Shown here piece after piece: positions 26,352-40,187 of a stretch of 64,000 bases of DNA; positions within the stretch are counted from its first letter, which is position 1, and each line of letters opens with the position of its first letter. The position numbers and the translations under genes were made by a program. The notes below the pieces were generated by a model. It was not told the origin of the DNA, did not search any database, and saw only the letters and a list, made by a program, of their open reading frames with translations. The stretch is from Octopus vulgaris (lineage: Eukaryota). The stretch spans positions 47,182,001 to 47,246,000 of the forward strand of contig OX597814.1 of assembly GCA_951406725.2 (NCBI GenBank). Reading direction: 5' to 3'.

Positions 26352-29300
26352 CTGCAATTGAATTTAATAACAATGGTTCAGCAACCAATGAAGAATTTCA
26401 TTTTCATTTAATCAATTATAATAATGAAATATAATTTCAAATGCTTTATATGCATTAAACAATACACAATGAATTTATACTCTTTTTCAAATATACAAAA
26501 TAAAAATAAAAAAATGAACATAAATAAAAATAAGAGCCCAAATTTTATTCACTTACAATTTGCTTTTTGGCTGATGTTTTTGAAAGTATGCACATACATA
26601 TATACTGTTAAATCCAAAGACTTAAAAAAAGATCTGAATTCAATACAACAATATTTTATTTTGAAATATTTCATAAACTACATTATGTTTGTCTTCCATA
26701 CTGGCATGTTTACATAGATAGCAACATAGATTTAGAGGCTTTCTTATTTTCTTTAACTAATGCTCCTTTCACCCCTGTTTCACATGTTACATCTAATGCC
26801 TCATACAAAAACACCTTTTCTTGCTCTTTCTTCTTAAAACTGAATCTCTCTGGAACTTTCTCTCCTACTCTCTCTATCATTTTGTAACTAACAACTTGAA
26901 AATTGAATCTTTGCTGCACTAACTTCCTCCAGTAATTCCATCCCTTAATCTGCGAAATCTTTGGGTACTATGCATTCTCCTAAGGTGATTTTAAATCATG
27001 CTGGTACCTTTCCCAATCAAGCAATTAGGATAAGTACACCTTTCCTTAACTTACGACCAAGTTCTGTTCCAACTGACAGATTGTAAATCATTCTGGTCGT
27101 ATGTCGGATTTTATATTTTTCAACACTATTTTCATTCAAACGGGTTATAAAAATATAAAACACAAACATTTAATCCATAATTATTGTACATAACATGAAA
27201 AATACATATGTACTCTATTGTACTGTAAACAAAAATACAAACTAAAATCAATGTAAAAATTAATGCATATGAAATTCCACATACATACAATAAAAAAAAT
27301 TGCACCTGCTAAAAAAGTGCAATTACTCTTTTACTCTTACTTGTTTCAGTCATTAGACTGCAGCCATACTGGGGCACCAGTGCCTTGAAGACTTTTAGTT
27401 GAATAACTTGATCCCAGTACTTATTCTTTAAGCCTGGCACTTATTCCACCTTGTTTTGCTGAACCACTAAGCTACAGGGATGTAAACACACCAATACCAT
27501 GTATTTCTTTTCTGGCTCATCTTCTTCTTTCTCAATTTTTTTTTACTTATTTATTTATTGTGGTCATAAAGTGAGGATGGTTGTAAGTACAGATGGTCTT
27601 TTTTCACATGAAAAGCATTGAGTTAAAAGTAGTGGTATTTGTTAAACATTCTCTGTCAACAAAACTATTGTCTAACTCTGCACTTCAGTGAAACAAAAAA
27701 ATTCTTGATTTGAAAAATAAATAAGGGTTAGTGACATGAAGGGTATCAGGCTGTAAACAATATTTCAATAATATGCATTCAGCCAACCACTGCTAGTATG
27801 AAAAAAAATGGATGTAAAATAAATAGATGAAGAAACTAAATACTTGTCCTACAATATAGCAGAGTGATTTGGAAAGGCAACCTATACAGCTGCTCTGTGA
27901 TTTAAAATTATATTTATTAATCTTAGGAGGATACACAGATTTTAATATTCTTCCAAAAGTGAGGACTAGAATCAGTGGAGAAGGGGGGAAGTTAGTATGA
28001 TTTATGATTACAGTTCAACTTCCAGGTCAATAGTTACAAAGAGAGAGACCAGAGGAACTAAGCTTGGACAAAAATTGTTGTAAAAAGGTATTTAGTATTA
28101 GATATAAGCAAGTAAAAATGGAGACAATAGGGGTATCAGGAGTTCAAGAATATATGAATAAGTCTGAATTGAGTCCAATAACAGAATGACTATTAACTAC
28201 TGAGTCCAATAATAAAATATCTTAATTATATATTCTAATTGTCTTGGTGTTCTGTGAAGTATAAAATTTATTTTCTTCAATATTCAATCTTAAGGAATAC
28301 AGAGATATCATTATATAAGTTCATATTTGCAATTTTAAATCTAAATAGAGTTTTGAAATAAATTCCATTTTGACTAACATGCTAAACAGCTTTCTTGTCA
28401 CAATACACGTCACCAAAATCATCATTCTATTAACAAATAAAACCAAGTTAGCTTCTAAATTTCAGTCTCTTTCAATATATTATGGAATGTTTCCATGCAG
28501 TGAATACAACAACCTGAGGTTGAGAACCACCTATGGGGTTCCGAAACTAAATTTTCATTATATCATAGATATGAGCTGAATGTATCTGATTACTGACAAC
28601 AAGACCATGCATAAATATTTTACAGGTTTGTGTGACATTTTACTGAAATAATCTCTACCAATAAAACTTCACAATTGAATAGCTAGCAGTCAGAATAGCA
28701 TTGGGTTCATATCTACATTGTATTTAACCTTTAAGCATTCAGATTACTCTATCAAATATAATGCTTATTATTTTATTCCCACTGTTTTGAATTAATCTTG
28801 CATTATTTTATAGTGTCAAGATTTTGATGATGCAATTAATTTTTAGAAAGACATTGTAGGGTAAGTGTAAGAAGCCAGACCTGGTTAGCTTGAGGATAAA
28901 ACAGGTTGAATATTTAGGTCAGATATGGCTAGTTTAAATGCTAAAGGGTTAAATATTTGTAGTTGAACAAACATCCTAAATCATAATTTAGTTGCAAAGC
29001 AACACTAAAGCAGAAAGGACAATTGGATTAATTTTAAGTAAACAATTAGTTTTTTTTTTTTTAATGTCAATGATCTTACCTTACAACAATGTTATTACAT
29101 TACAACATATTAATAACAATGATATTACATTACAACAACATACCTAATTAAGTTAAATTGTATAGCAAGGATTGTCTATATAGTTGATCTTTGATATAAA
29201 ATTGTACCTCATTTACTATTTATCTTATTAACTGGGGGAAAAAAAATTCCAAAGACTTATCAGAATGTGGAGATTAAGTTGTACATAAATATTCAGATAT

Positions 29301-31018
29301 TAGATTAGGAAGATGTTCTAAAAGAGTAAAGATTTTAGTCTAAACCATTTTCCAGGACATTTCTGAATAAAGAAAGAGACAAACAATGTACCTTTTGATA
29401 ATGAGTAAATAGATTAGATGAAAAAATTAAGACAACTAAAATATTTTCAGACTATGTAAAAGATTATGTACTTTTAACAGACATAGAGGTTGTGGTTTTT
29501 CTATGATAGAAACTTAGCAAGCACAGGAAATGTTTTATTCATGAATTGTTAAAGTGCAACAAATGATAATAGTTCATGAGGAAAGAGGGAGCTGTTTCTA
29601 GATTACTGGTACAATAGAGCAGCAGCAGATAAAACATATTGGGACAACTGTAAGTGACCAATAAGGAAAAAGAGATATTTAAAGTATTGAAGAAAATAGT
29701 CCTTAATTGTTTGAAAGTAATTAGTCAGTATAGTTAAGGGAGACAATATTTTTAGGGCACATATAGTTGTGTATATCTATATTTCTAGATATTATATGAT
29801 TTGACAAGGATTGGAACAAACCGTACTGAGAAGACTGAAGATTTTGTTACATTTGGCAATAGTTTGCTTTAATTAGAATGTTTAGCAAAAATTCTTTTTT
29901 CTCCTTTCAAGTTTTATTTTACCAGAACAAAAAAAAAAAAAAAAGTAGAAACGATTCTTTAGTTCTGTAGACAACCTTATCAATCTTAGTGGTACAATAA
30001 AAGTGGTTTTTGATGGAAGTACAACCAGCCATAAAAACCAAAAAAATAACACAAAACACACAAATGAAGTAAGACATTTCCAACCCGTAACAGCATAGAG
30101 AAACAGCCATATGACTAATAATTTTATCTATTAAAAAAAATAACAGGTTTGCAAGCTTTACTTCTGAAATACATTGATGCAAGGTGGGACCAATAGAATC
30201 CAAACAGCAATAGGAGGAAGTTAATCAAATTTATTTGATTATTTCAAATTATAAGGCACATCCTCATTATCTTAATTTTTTAGTAGTCAAACCAGCTACA
30301 TCTGGCCAAAATATTCTACCTGTTTTATCTTCAAACCAGCCAGATCAGGCCTCTCACACCTACCCTGCAATGTCATTCCAAAAATGAACAATAACATCAT
30401 TGAAATCTCAAAGCTACAAGATAGTATACGATAAATTCAAACTAGTGTGAATACATTCACATTATATTTGACAGAGTAATCTGAATGTCAAAAGGTTAAT
30501 GATAGAGATAAAAGTTGTTTTCTTTTGTATACACCATCCTCATCTCAAAATGTTTTTACATTTTCTGGAAGGTTTTACAAATGTTTGATATTCTTACAAA
30601 CACCTCAAACAGAGTTTCATATGAATATCTTAATGCCAAACACTGAACAAGTAAAAAAATCAAAATGACTAGATGAAGAGCAAGCTATCACATCTAAGGA
30701 CAGTACAATTCTTGTAGAAAGTTTGGTAACTTTGAGTGATTAGTCTAAAGGTTAGTGCACTAAACAATCAGAAACTATGCCCCTAATATCTATTATCTTC
30801 TACTTGTTTCAGTCATTAGACTGCAGCCATACTGGGGCACCAGTGCCTTGAAGACTTTTAGTTGAATAACTTGATCCCAGTACTTATTCTTTAAGCCTGG
30901 CACTTATTCCACCTTGTTTTGCTGAACCACTAAGCTACAGGGATGTAAACACACCAATACTGGTTGTCGAGCAGTGGTAGGGAACGGACACAGACACAAA
31001 GACACACACACATATACA

Positions 31019-31054
<36 letters not shown>

Positions 31055-31349
31055 CACACACGCACACATGATGGACTTCCTTCATTTTCCATCTATCAAA
31101 TCCACTCACAAGGCTTTGATCTCCCCAAGATTATAGTAGAAGACACTTTCCCAAGGTGCCATACAGTGGGATTGAATCTGGAACCATGTGGTTGGGAAGT
31201 AAACTTCTTACCACACTGCCACACCTGTGCATACACAAAACTAAAGACTAAAACAATATCAATAATATACAGCCAACAAACTATGTTTAAGCAGCAAACA
31301 AAGAAAAAGACTTCATGAAATTCTAAATATTAAATAGCTTAACACTTAC

Positions 31350-31449
31350 CTTGGGTTACGATTGTAGAACATCGGGTTTACAATGTAGTCATCATTTGGA
31401 CCCTTGGGTTTATCAATATCGTCAGTGACTGATGTTGAAAGCCTTAATT
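31350..31449 (-). CDS. MRPL18: MRPL18 coding exon 2
   Basis: Acceptor ttatttcag|, donor AG|gtaagt, 100 nt. Encodes ELRLSTSVTDDIDKPKGPNDDYIVNPMFYNRNPR, matching the uL18m signature F-x-NRNPR (human EFTNRNPR). Confidence 0.93.
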
Positions 31450-34002
31450 CTGAAATAAGTAAAAATTCAAATATTAACACAGTTCAAAAAATTAAAACCC
31501 TTTTGTAAATACTAGACAAAACACAAAATAATTCAATATGAAAGATGATGTAAATTTTATAAGGAGAGCACTGAATGGTAATAACACCCATAGATATTTG
31601 GTTTTAGATGGTTTTAAATACAATATAACAATAAGAATATGGCGCTGTGTTAAAAACCTTCAGTAAAATAGAGTCCACAGTCTTACTTCTAAGCTACATA
31701 AATAGTTCCATTAAAAATTTTAGGGAAAGTATGAGTGCCATAGTGACTCCCAATTGCAACTGGTTAAGAAATTATTTCTGAATTCTTAGTGAAATGTAAT
31801 GTTAAGAAGGCTCTTAAGTTTGCATTTCTCAGTAAATGAAGTGATATACTGAGTATCTGGGTAACACTTAACTTTCCTTAATTTTGTTTTCACATAAGAA
31901 GTATTCTACTATAATATTAGTTTGTTCATCCTTTCCACTTTTCTTGAATGAGGACTTATAAGAAGCAGGAATTTATGGTCAGATATACTTCCTGTTATCA
32001 ACCCTTCTTTGTTTTTCAAATAATGGATTGTTTTATTCCACAAGTCTTCAAGAGCATAGGGTGACCAGTTATAATGTCATGAAAGTATGTAAAACACTCC
32101 ATTTAGATCAAACAGTGATAAGCATGAATTAGCAACATATGTTCACACACATACACCATGAGCTTCCTATGGCTTCCCTTCACCAAATTCACTCACAAGA
32201 CATTGGTTGGTTTCAGCTATAAGAAAAGATGCATAGTCAATGTGCTCCACAGCAGTACTGAACATGAAACCACAGAATTATAAAGCAAACCTATTAATCA
32301 TTAAGCCATGTCTTAAGTCTTACTCAAACATTAACCTTGTGAATTAATTCTGATATTTTACAAAGGAAGAAAGGCAGTAAGAAATATAACCAGTAATTTA
32401 GTTCACTTATAGAACATAAAGTCACATTTAAAGTAACAAATGTCATCTGTAATCTTACTCTGACCAGCATCAGTATTTTCAAATTTGGAATTTTCTAAAA
32501 TAGCATTTGATGTATAAAAGAAATGAAATTTTGGACTTAAATCTGTTATACTTTATATATACTCATTGTGTAAGAACATTATAAGGACAAATTCCTGGTA
32601 AACTTTCGTGTTTCTTTTGTAGTCAATTTTCAGTCTGCTGGTAACATGAAAGGAAAAGCTATCGTTAACATTTATGCAATGATACTTTAACCAGTTGATG
32701 TTTAGAAGAGCAACAAAAGGCAGAATTGATAAAGTAACAAACAAAATACTAGTGGTATTTAGTTACAAACATTTACATTTATAGTTCACATTCCACAGAG
32801 GTTGTCCTTGTCCTGATTCTTTCCAGTATCATCATTTTACATTTATTTATCCAGGCTGGTATAGGGTGGATGGGTTTTCTGAAGCAGTTTTTTATGGCCA
32901 GAAACACTTTCTGTTGCCAATCCTTTTAGATGTCTCCTATCATGTACCTCTTCTAATATCAGGATACACTCAACAGTATCAGCTTTCCAGCATCAATAAA
33001 ATAAGTACCACTCAAATCATCATCATCATCATTAACATTTCCTATCTGCTTTCCATAGTGGCTTGAGGTGGATGGTTGGAAAGAATTTGGCAAGCCACAG
33101 TATTTCATTTAGGTCCAATGTCAGCTTTGGCATGGTTTCCACAGCTGGACACCCTTTACAGTGTGTACTGGGTAATTTTTTTCATTCCACTGGCACTAAT
33201 GAGGCTGCCATAGGAAAAGAAGAGGAAGAAAACCTCTCTCAACTATGTGGGAGGAGTATTTTGAGAGGGGGAAGGTGACTTTATGCCTGTTGTTGAGATG
33301 TTAAAGTATGATAGAGGAATAAGCACAGGTATCTTGCTAGGTGGAAGATTAGGAGTAGCTGGGAAGAAGATAAAGATGGTAGTGTCAATATAACTTCCAT
33401 TACCCTCACCCAAAATTTGAAGTATTGTCCGCAATAATAATAATAATCCCTTCTACTATAGGCACAAGACCTGAAATTTGGGGTAGGGGGACAGTCAACT
33501 ACATTGACCCCAGTATTTCACTGGTACTTAATTTGTTAATGCCAAAAGGATTAAAGGCAAAGTTGACCTCAGTGAAATTTGAACTCAGAACATAGCGATG
33601 GGTGAAATACCACTAAGCATTTCATCCAGTGAGCTAACGATTCTACCAGCTTGCCACCTGGAATAATAATAATAATAATGATAATTAAGACAATAGGTAA
33701 ATATAAAATGAAAAATGAAAGAATTTCCATATGTGACTTCTAACATGAAATGCCTCTCTAGAGAATGCACAAATTTGTTAGCCTCTATATGGTCAACTCA
33801 ATCTGTTTGAAATAACACACAAATCACTCCAAACTGAATAATGTAGTTCTAGTTAAACAGTGCTTGAAAAATGACAGCATGGTCACAGGTGAAACACTTG
33901 ACCACAAATCTGTTCAAATAATGACAATGTAATGTGGATAACCACAAATCTACTAGTCTTACAGAATGACCATGACATAGTTGATGTAGTCTGCTGGTGA
34001 TA

Positions 34003-34392
34003 TACAGTAGAACCTTGCAGTACGAGTGCCCCACTGTACGAGTAATTTGCTGTACGAAATGAGACTTGTGCAAATTTTGGTCTTAAAATATGAGTGGAAA
34101 TCTGCAGTACAAGCACACAAATCATCCCATCTTTAAGCTAATTCAGTTAATAAAACCAGGTTACATATTTCTTTTGCATTCTCTTTTTTCATAATTGTCA
34201 TTTTATTTTTAATTACAGCTATTCTGTTTTAAAAGAAATAAAAAATTATTTTTGAGTGGTGTTGGGGGGCTGGAACGGATCAATTATATTTTAATTAATT
34301 TCAATGGGGAAAATTGATTTGTAAAACGAGTAAATCGTGAGACGAGTTCGGTCATGGAACGAATTAAACTCGAACTGCGAGGTATCACTGTA
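34003..34392. mobile_element. pogo/Tigger-like MITE
   Basis: TA-CAGTAGAACCTTGCAGTACGAG ... CTCGAACTGCGAGGTATCACTG-TA imperfect TIRs with sub-terminal ACGA repeats. Confidence 0.75.
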
Positions 34393-35981
34393 TTATAAAT
34401 ATGATGAACATATTATAATACATGATGGATATATTTATAGCATGTACTTTATACCCTTGGAAGCTATAACCATGAAATAGTTTTAATCATTGGTAAATAT
34501 CAATCACGTTCTTTATACCACTAATATTTTGGCTTAAACATCACAACTGTTTATCCCACCCCTACAAAAATGTACGCTGTTTCTGAACATATAAGGAGAA
34601 ATCAAATTTATTTTACAGCTTGATTTTTAGCGGTGATGACACAGTAAATAATTTAAGTTCAAATGTAGTCAATCTAAGGTACATAATTCTTCATTAGAAT
34701 AATACAAAAGTTACTTCCCTTGAACAATAACCGGCTTCAATGAGAGAAATAACGAGATAGCTTCATTTCAAAATTTGCCACAAGGCCAGCAAGTTCGGAG
34801 AGGAAGTAAATCCATTTCATTGACATAAGTATCCAGCAGTTACTTTTTTTGTCAACATGGAAAGAATAAAAAGCAAAGTCGACCTCGACCAAATGTGAAC
34901 TCAGAACATAAAGACGGACGAACTGCCGCTAGGAATTATGCCTGGCGTGCTAACGATTCTACATTGCAGTAGATTACAATTTTGAGTTACGTCCCTTAAC
35001 GATTTCTATGAAAATTCAGCGAGACGGACTTCAGCTTCACCGTAGTCAATAACATATATACTGTATGTTTACTAGATAGATTCTTGAACGTACTTCATTC
35101 CTGGTGATAATGGCAGTTAATCACTTTCAAAAATAAAAAATAAAAATTGCAACGAAACATCCAACGAATATATTTTTTCCGGTGCTTATAGACATTCGGA
35201 TCTCAAGGGAGATCACTGGATCATTTTAAACATGATTTAAAGTCATAGACACCTGAATAATTATGCAATAATTAAAATTAATTATTATTGATTTGATAAT
35301 AAAATTTACGTCAATTAAAATAATTGTTTAATAAACGTGTATTTTCGTTTTCATACTTAATTTATAACACTACAAAATTTTTATTATTTATTTACTTATT
35401 TTTGTATTCGGTCAGTGATATTTCTTATACGCTTCCATCTAGAAACCAAAGGAAATTACTACAATTCCTCTCAAACTTTACTTTTGTAACCTGGACATCA
35501 ATGTTTTGAAATTGACCTATTTTCCATTACATTTCAGACATTCAGTGCTGAGTTGCTGAAGCAGAAATATCGTTATAGAAAATATTCTGCTCAATACCAC
35601 AGATTTGCTTGCCAGTTGTTTGACCATAACCACTTGAGCATATCCATTCATGGCTGACAATATGTGCATCTCTGATCATGAGCAGGTGTAGTGGGGGCGC
35701 ATAACAGCTATGTGTTGAGAGGGATGCTTTGGGGTTTGAATAAATGTAACAAAAGCAAAGTTTGAAGGAAACAGTAGCCATTTTTTGTTCTTTCTAGGGG
35801 TAGGCAAATAGGACACAACAGTTGGTACTCAAAAACAAAAGCCATGTTACACAGTGTAATTTGTTATTGGGAAGGAGAGGGTAACCCTAGAACAAAATCA
35901 CCTGCCTGACAAAAACAACTTCGAAAAATAAAACAAAAAATAGCTTTTTCAAAAATTCTTCATGGAATAAATATAAATATA

Positions 35982-36395
35982 GGCGCAGGAGTGGCTGTGT
36001 GGTAAGTAGCTTGCTTACCAACCACATGGTTCTGGGTTCCATCCCACTGCGTGGCATCTTGGGCAAGTGTCTTCTGCTATAGCCTCGGGCCGACCAATGC
36101 CTTGTGAGTGGATTTGGTAGACGGAAACTGAAAGAAGCCCGTTGTATATATGTATATATATATATGTATGTGTATATGTTTGTGTGTCTGTGTTTGTCCC
36201 CCCACCATCGCTTGACAACCGATGCTGGTGTGTTTACGTCCCCGTCACTTAGCGGTTCGGCAAAAAGAGACCGATAGAATAAGTACTGGGCTTACAAAGA
36301 ATAAGTCCCAGGGTCGATTTGCTCGACTAAAGGCGGTCCTCCAGCATGGCCGCAGTCAAATGACTGAAACAAGTAAAAGAGTAAAGAGTAAAGAG
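35982..36395 (+). mobile_element. tRNA-derived SINE family A, full-length representative. Other copies near 202-347, 357-760, 15410-15790, 15800-16165, 19425-19610, 19674-20047, 22290-22663, 25700-26025, 27325-27497, 30800-31232, 41535-41950, 50155-50553, 57850-57990, 58465-58864, 61768-62143
   Basis: Head ggcgcaggagtggctgtgtggtaag (A box) and gggttcagtccc (B box), CORE-like cttgggcaagtg, internal (TA)n/(TG)n tract, tail gactgaaacaagtaaaagag. Resembles described octopus tRNA-SINEs; exact family name not verified. Confidence 0.9.
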
Positions 36396-36616
36396 AATCT
36401 GCATCATTTCTGGAACATCAGTGGTGTAGTGAGATGACTACACTCTACCTCCAAGCACTGCTATAAACAACAGAAGTGAGCAAGAATGTTATAACTTTGT
36501 ATGCATGCATAACAGAGTTCAAAGTCAATGTATGCTAAGTGGCTACACTCTGCATAATTTAACTCTGTTACTATTGCAACATTCCCAATACGTTTTGATC
36601 AAACCTCATACATATA

Positions 36617-36980
36617 TCTTTATACATAAAAGTAAGGTTGTGTGTCTGTCTCCTACGATTTAGATTCCTAACTACTCCCACATTTTGCGGTGCAGTTTAA
36701 CCAAAACCGGGTATCTTATAGTCGTGATTCATATCGAGCCCTTCTGGGTATTAGCGCGCATCTACGATGAGTCTACGATTTTAAAAATAATTTACCATCA
36801 TTTTTTTCCATTTTAATGCATTTTTTCGCTATTATATAAGGGAAGTAACTCTCTAAAAATGTCTACGATGAGTCAACGATTTAAAAAAAAATTTACCATT
36901 TTTTTCCCATTTTTTTTGGCTATAACTCTCTAAAAATGCTTTATAGTTATTTCCCTTACAAACCCGAGCGATACTGCTAG
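36617..36980 (+). mobile_element. Non-autonomous Helitron-like element
   Basis: A|TC start, CTAG|T end, shortened sub-terminal GC hairpin remnant (aacccgagcg), internal duplication of tctacgatgagtc.acgattt. A related 3' end with an intact hairpin is at 19370-19402 on the minus strand. Confidence 0.7.
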
Positions 36981-37228
36981 TATATATATATATATATATA
37001 ATTTTTTTTTTTTTTCTCACAGACAAGATCCAGAGATTCTCCATATAGAAGACAGTAGTGCTCAAAAGATTCAAACTTAGACTGATATCTTTACAGGGGA
37101 TTATTCCACAAGGTAAAGAAAGGCTATAAGAGGGATCAAGTTGAGCAGGTATAGAGGTAATTATGCAGATAAACAAATCAGATCTAATTATATTTGATGT
37201 GTCTAATTTGTTTATCTGCCTAATTGCC

Positions 37229-37265
<37 letters not shown>

Positions 37266-37310
37266 ATATATATATATATATATATAGTAGAGAGAGAGAG
37301 AGAGAGAGCT

Positions 37311-37392
37311 TTTCTATGCTGATGACCTTGTTCTTATAGATGAATCTGTAATAGACTTAGAAAAATATTTCCAGCATGGAAGCAAAACCTGC
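37311..37392 (+). mobile_element. Short RTE-type RT fragment
   Basis: Reads FYADDLVLIDESVIDLEK followed by a WKQNL-like segment. Confidence 0.6.
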
Positions 37393-37559
37393 AATATACA
37401 TTACACTTATAAAGCCAGATGTGAATGATAAATTGAATATATTTCTAGTAAGTCTATGAGATACAACAAAAAGTTACTAAGATGAAATAGGGTGGCTTGA
37501 AATTACCAGAGAAGGCTGAAGATGGTATCAAAAGCAAAAAAATCTACTAACACATACTT

Positions 37560-39330
37560 AGTGAATAAGACTATACTTATAAAATATGAGCTTGGACAAT
37601 GTTTTCATGACTGTCAGATCTCTTGGACAATTCTTTTTCAATTGCTGAGTTTGGAGTAAGAGTAGATGCACTAAGACTAGTGAACTTGGTGCCAGTAGCA
37701 GTCCCTTGCCAGCTATCTTGAAAGAGCAGAGGCCATAACAGAACATTCAGAGAGAAAAGATAGTACCTTTGATGCCAGAGGCTAGTGTGTGTTTGTTAGT
37801 GACTGAATACCAATCGGTTAAGTGGCCCTCGTCTGGATGCAGTGCAGGATATGTGTTCTTAGTAGCATTATTTCCGATGTGAGAGTACTCCATTGCCTTA
37901 TTTGAACCTTGTAGAATGTTAGCAACCTTTGAAGGCTGAAACATTTTCTGACTCTGAAGAAAAGCTAGTCTCTGAGATGTAATCCTAACTTGTTAAAGAT
38001 GTGCTTTTGCTAGATCAGATACTCAGAGATAACGAAGCCCGGCATCTGGAGCAACTAAGAGAGCTCTAGCAAAGTGCTGTTTATGTTTAGCGGGGTTTTG
38101 GAGTGGTGTGTTTTAAATTAGTGCTTGAGGTTTTTGCATTTAAAAAAGACAAGATCAGCATGACTCCACTGGATGATGCTCTCAAGATCTCCATTCATGA
38201 AAGCACTGCAGGTTTGGCAAGTGGTGTCTAGGTTGCATGTACATGATTCATAATTGAGGAAGGTTAAGGAGGAATGCAAACTTGTATCATCTGTAAAAGA
38301 GTGAGCATTGTTAGCTGTGGCAGCTAGTAGGTCATTGATATATAGAAGGAAGAGAATGGGGAACTAAACCAAACCCTGTGACACACCAGAGTTGATTGAG
38401 AATTAGACAGGAAGAGCTTTATCAACAAATCTCACAATACTGTAATCTGATACAAAAGATGAGAGATGGGTGGAGACAGTAACTGAAAAATTTTGACAAG
38501 AAATTTGCAAGCCAGACACAGTTAAAGGTGTCTAGAACAAGAAACATTGATTTCGCTGACTTCTCTAAAGAAAGAGTCAACTGGTGAGTGACATAATAGA
38601 GAAAGCCTCCTATGAATCAGGCTCTACAAAAGCCACACTGGTGGCCACTGACAAGAAAAAGAAACTCAAGGTGTTGTCCACTATCTTATATATGTTAAAA
38701 GTAAATGAAATAGGAAAACATCTGGTCGGATCAGCGGGGGTTGCTTTTTTTTTTAAGTGGAAAATACTGAAGAGTACTTGCAAATATAAAAGTATGCATC
38801 TATAGAGAGTGAGAGATTAAAGAGTTTAGTGAGTGTGAGAGCAAGTTCTGGAGTACAATGTTTGAGTGTAATGGAAGGAGCACTCTCAGGATCTACTTCT
38901 TGAAGCAGGCAAAAGTATTCTAATGCTTAGTATATGTTGATGCAAGGTGGAGAGCCTGGCAAAGTGGAAGGAGGGGAGATTTGGAGTAGATTCAACAAGG
39001 GTACATAGTGTAGTTGGATGCAGAGCAGGCAGCAAAGGTGGATTCTTGGAGGGTACTGCTTATGGAGCTATTATTGTTCAGTTTAGGTTTTGGAGGTAAG
39101 AAAGCTGTCAAAAGAAGGTAAATTTCCTACACCATTTGGAGAAGAGGCTATTTGCGGTACTTTTGTTAAAGGCTTAGCAAGGAAGTTAATTGAAAGTCAG
39201 TTCACCACAGATTTGTCTTATCTGATAAAAACCAAGAAAACCTTTACAATGCAGGCTACTGCTTCTACAGTCCAAATGTAACAATAATGAACACACTGAC
39301 TGAATAACTATAATCCTTATGTTGCTGCTG
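37560..39330 (-). mobile_element. Highly decayed LINE reverse transcriptase (CR1/L2/Jockey group)
   Basis: Minus strand near 38400-38280 reads SINSGVSQGLV*FPILFLLYINDL...HSFTDDTSL, the GVPQG and YADD motifs of non-LTR RT. Boundaries approximate. Confidence 0.75.
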
Positions 39331-40187
39331 TGAGGAAGATGAACTTTAGTTTAAGCTAAAACTTGTGTTTGGCATGGATCAGAAACTTTATGGCCACAAA
39401 GAACATTCTGCCGTTGATAAACAATGTATTACAATTTGCAAAACTATATTAGCAGTCTCAACCCATTAAATAGATATGAGGAAATTTTTGTTTTGACACT
39501 GTAACTGTGCACTTCATCAGTGGCTTATTGATAGTGGTTACTAATTGTTTGCAATTCTCCAAGATATGGTGTAGAAGTTTGGTATTAAATCATACTCCAA
39601 ATTATCGCAAAATGGTGCAACTTGTGAATGGAAATAAGCTTTACATAAGTGGAAAGATGGCTCCAAACATTAATATAAACAGTTGCTACCTACTAACATT
39701 TTCGGTCACTTTGAATGTAGTGTTGGATAAATTGCTAACAGTCGAATCATGTAGGATTACGAGACCGTCAGACATCTGTGAACTCGCTATACAGTAAATT
39801 TTATAATTATAAAAAGTGGCTAAAATTACAACTTTGTTAGTAGACAATTCTCAGTTTTGAAATACAGATGTGGTTGGAAAGTGGCTCCTCAAAATGATGC
39901 GTTACAACCATTTGGTAAAAGCTTCAAGACTGGTGAATCTGAAATATTGCACTAAGCTTTAACAACTCAAAGTAAACACTAATATCTCATCTCACAGTCT
40001 GAGAGGACATAAACACAATAAAGTAATGTCACACCACCTTAAACTTAGAAACAAAAACAAAAGCAATGGTAGTGCTGGAGAGCAACCTTGACCAACTCTG
40101 CTCAGGCTAGTTCCAGTGTTACTTGGTCAATATAAAGATCCTCACCCGTTAACAAAAACAAAAAAAAACCAGCCTGCTGGGTGCTGT

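Noticed and set aside
26710-26966. Stop-free ~85-codon minus-strand frame (YPKISQIKGWNYWRKLVQQRF...) in MRPL18 intron 2
   Set aside because: No recognisable homology, no convincing start or splice partners, and purine-rich composition can explain the lack of stops.
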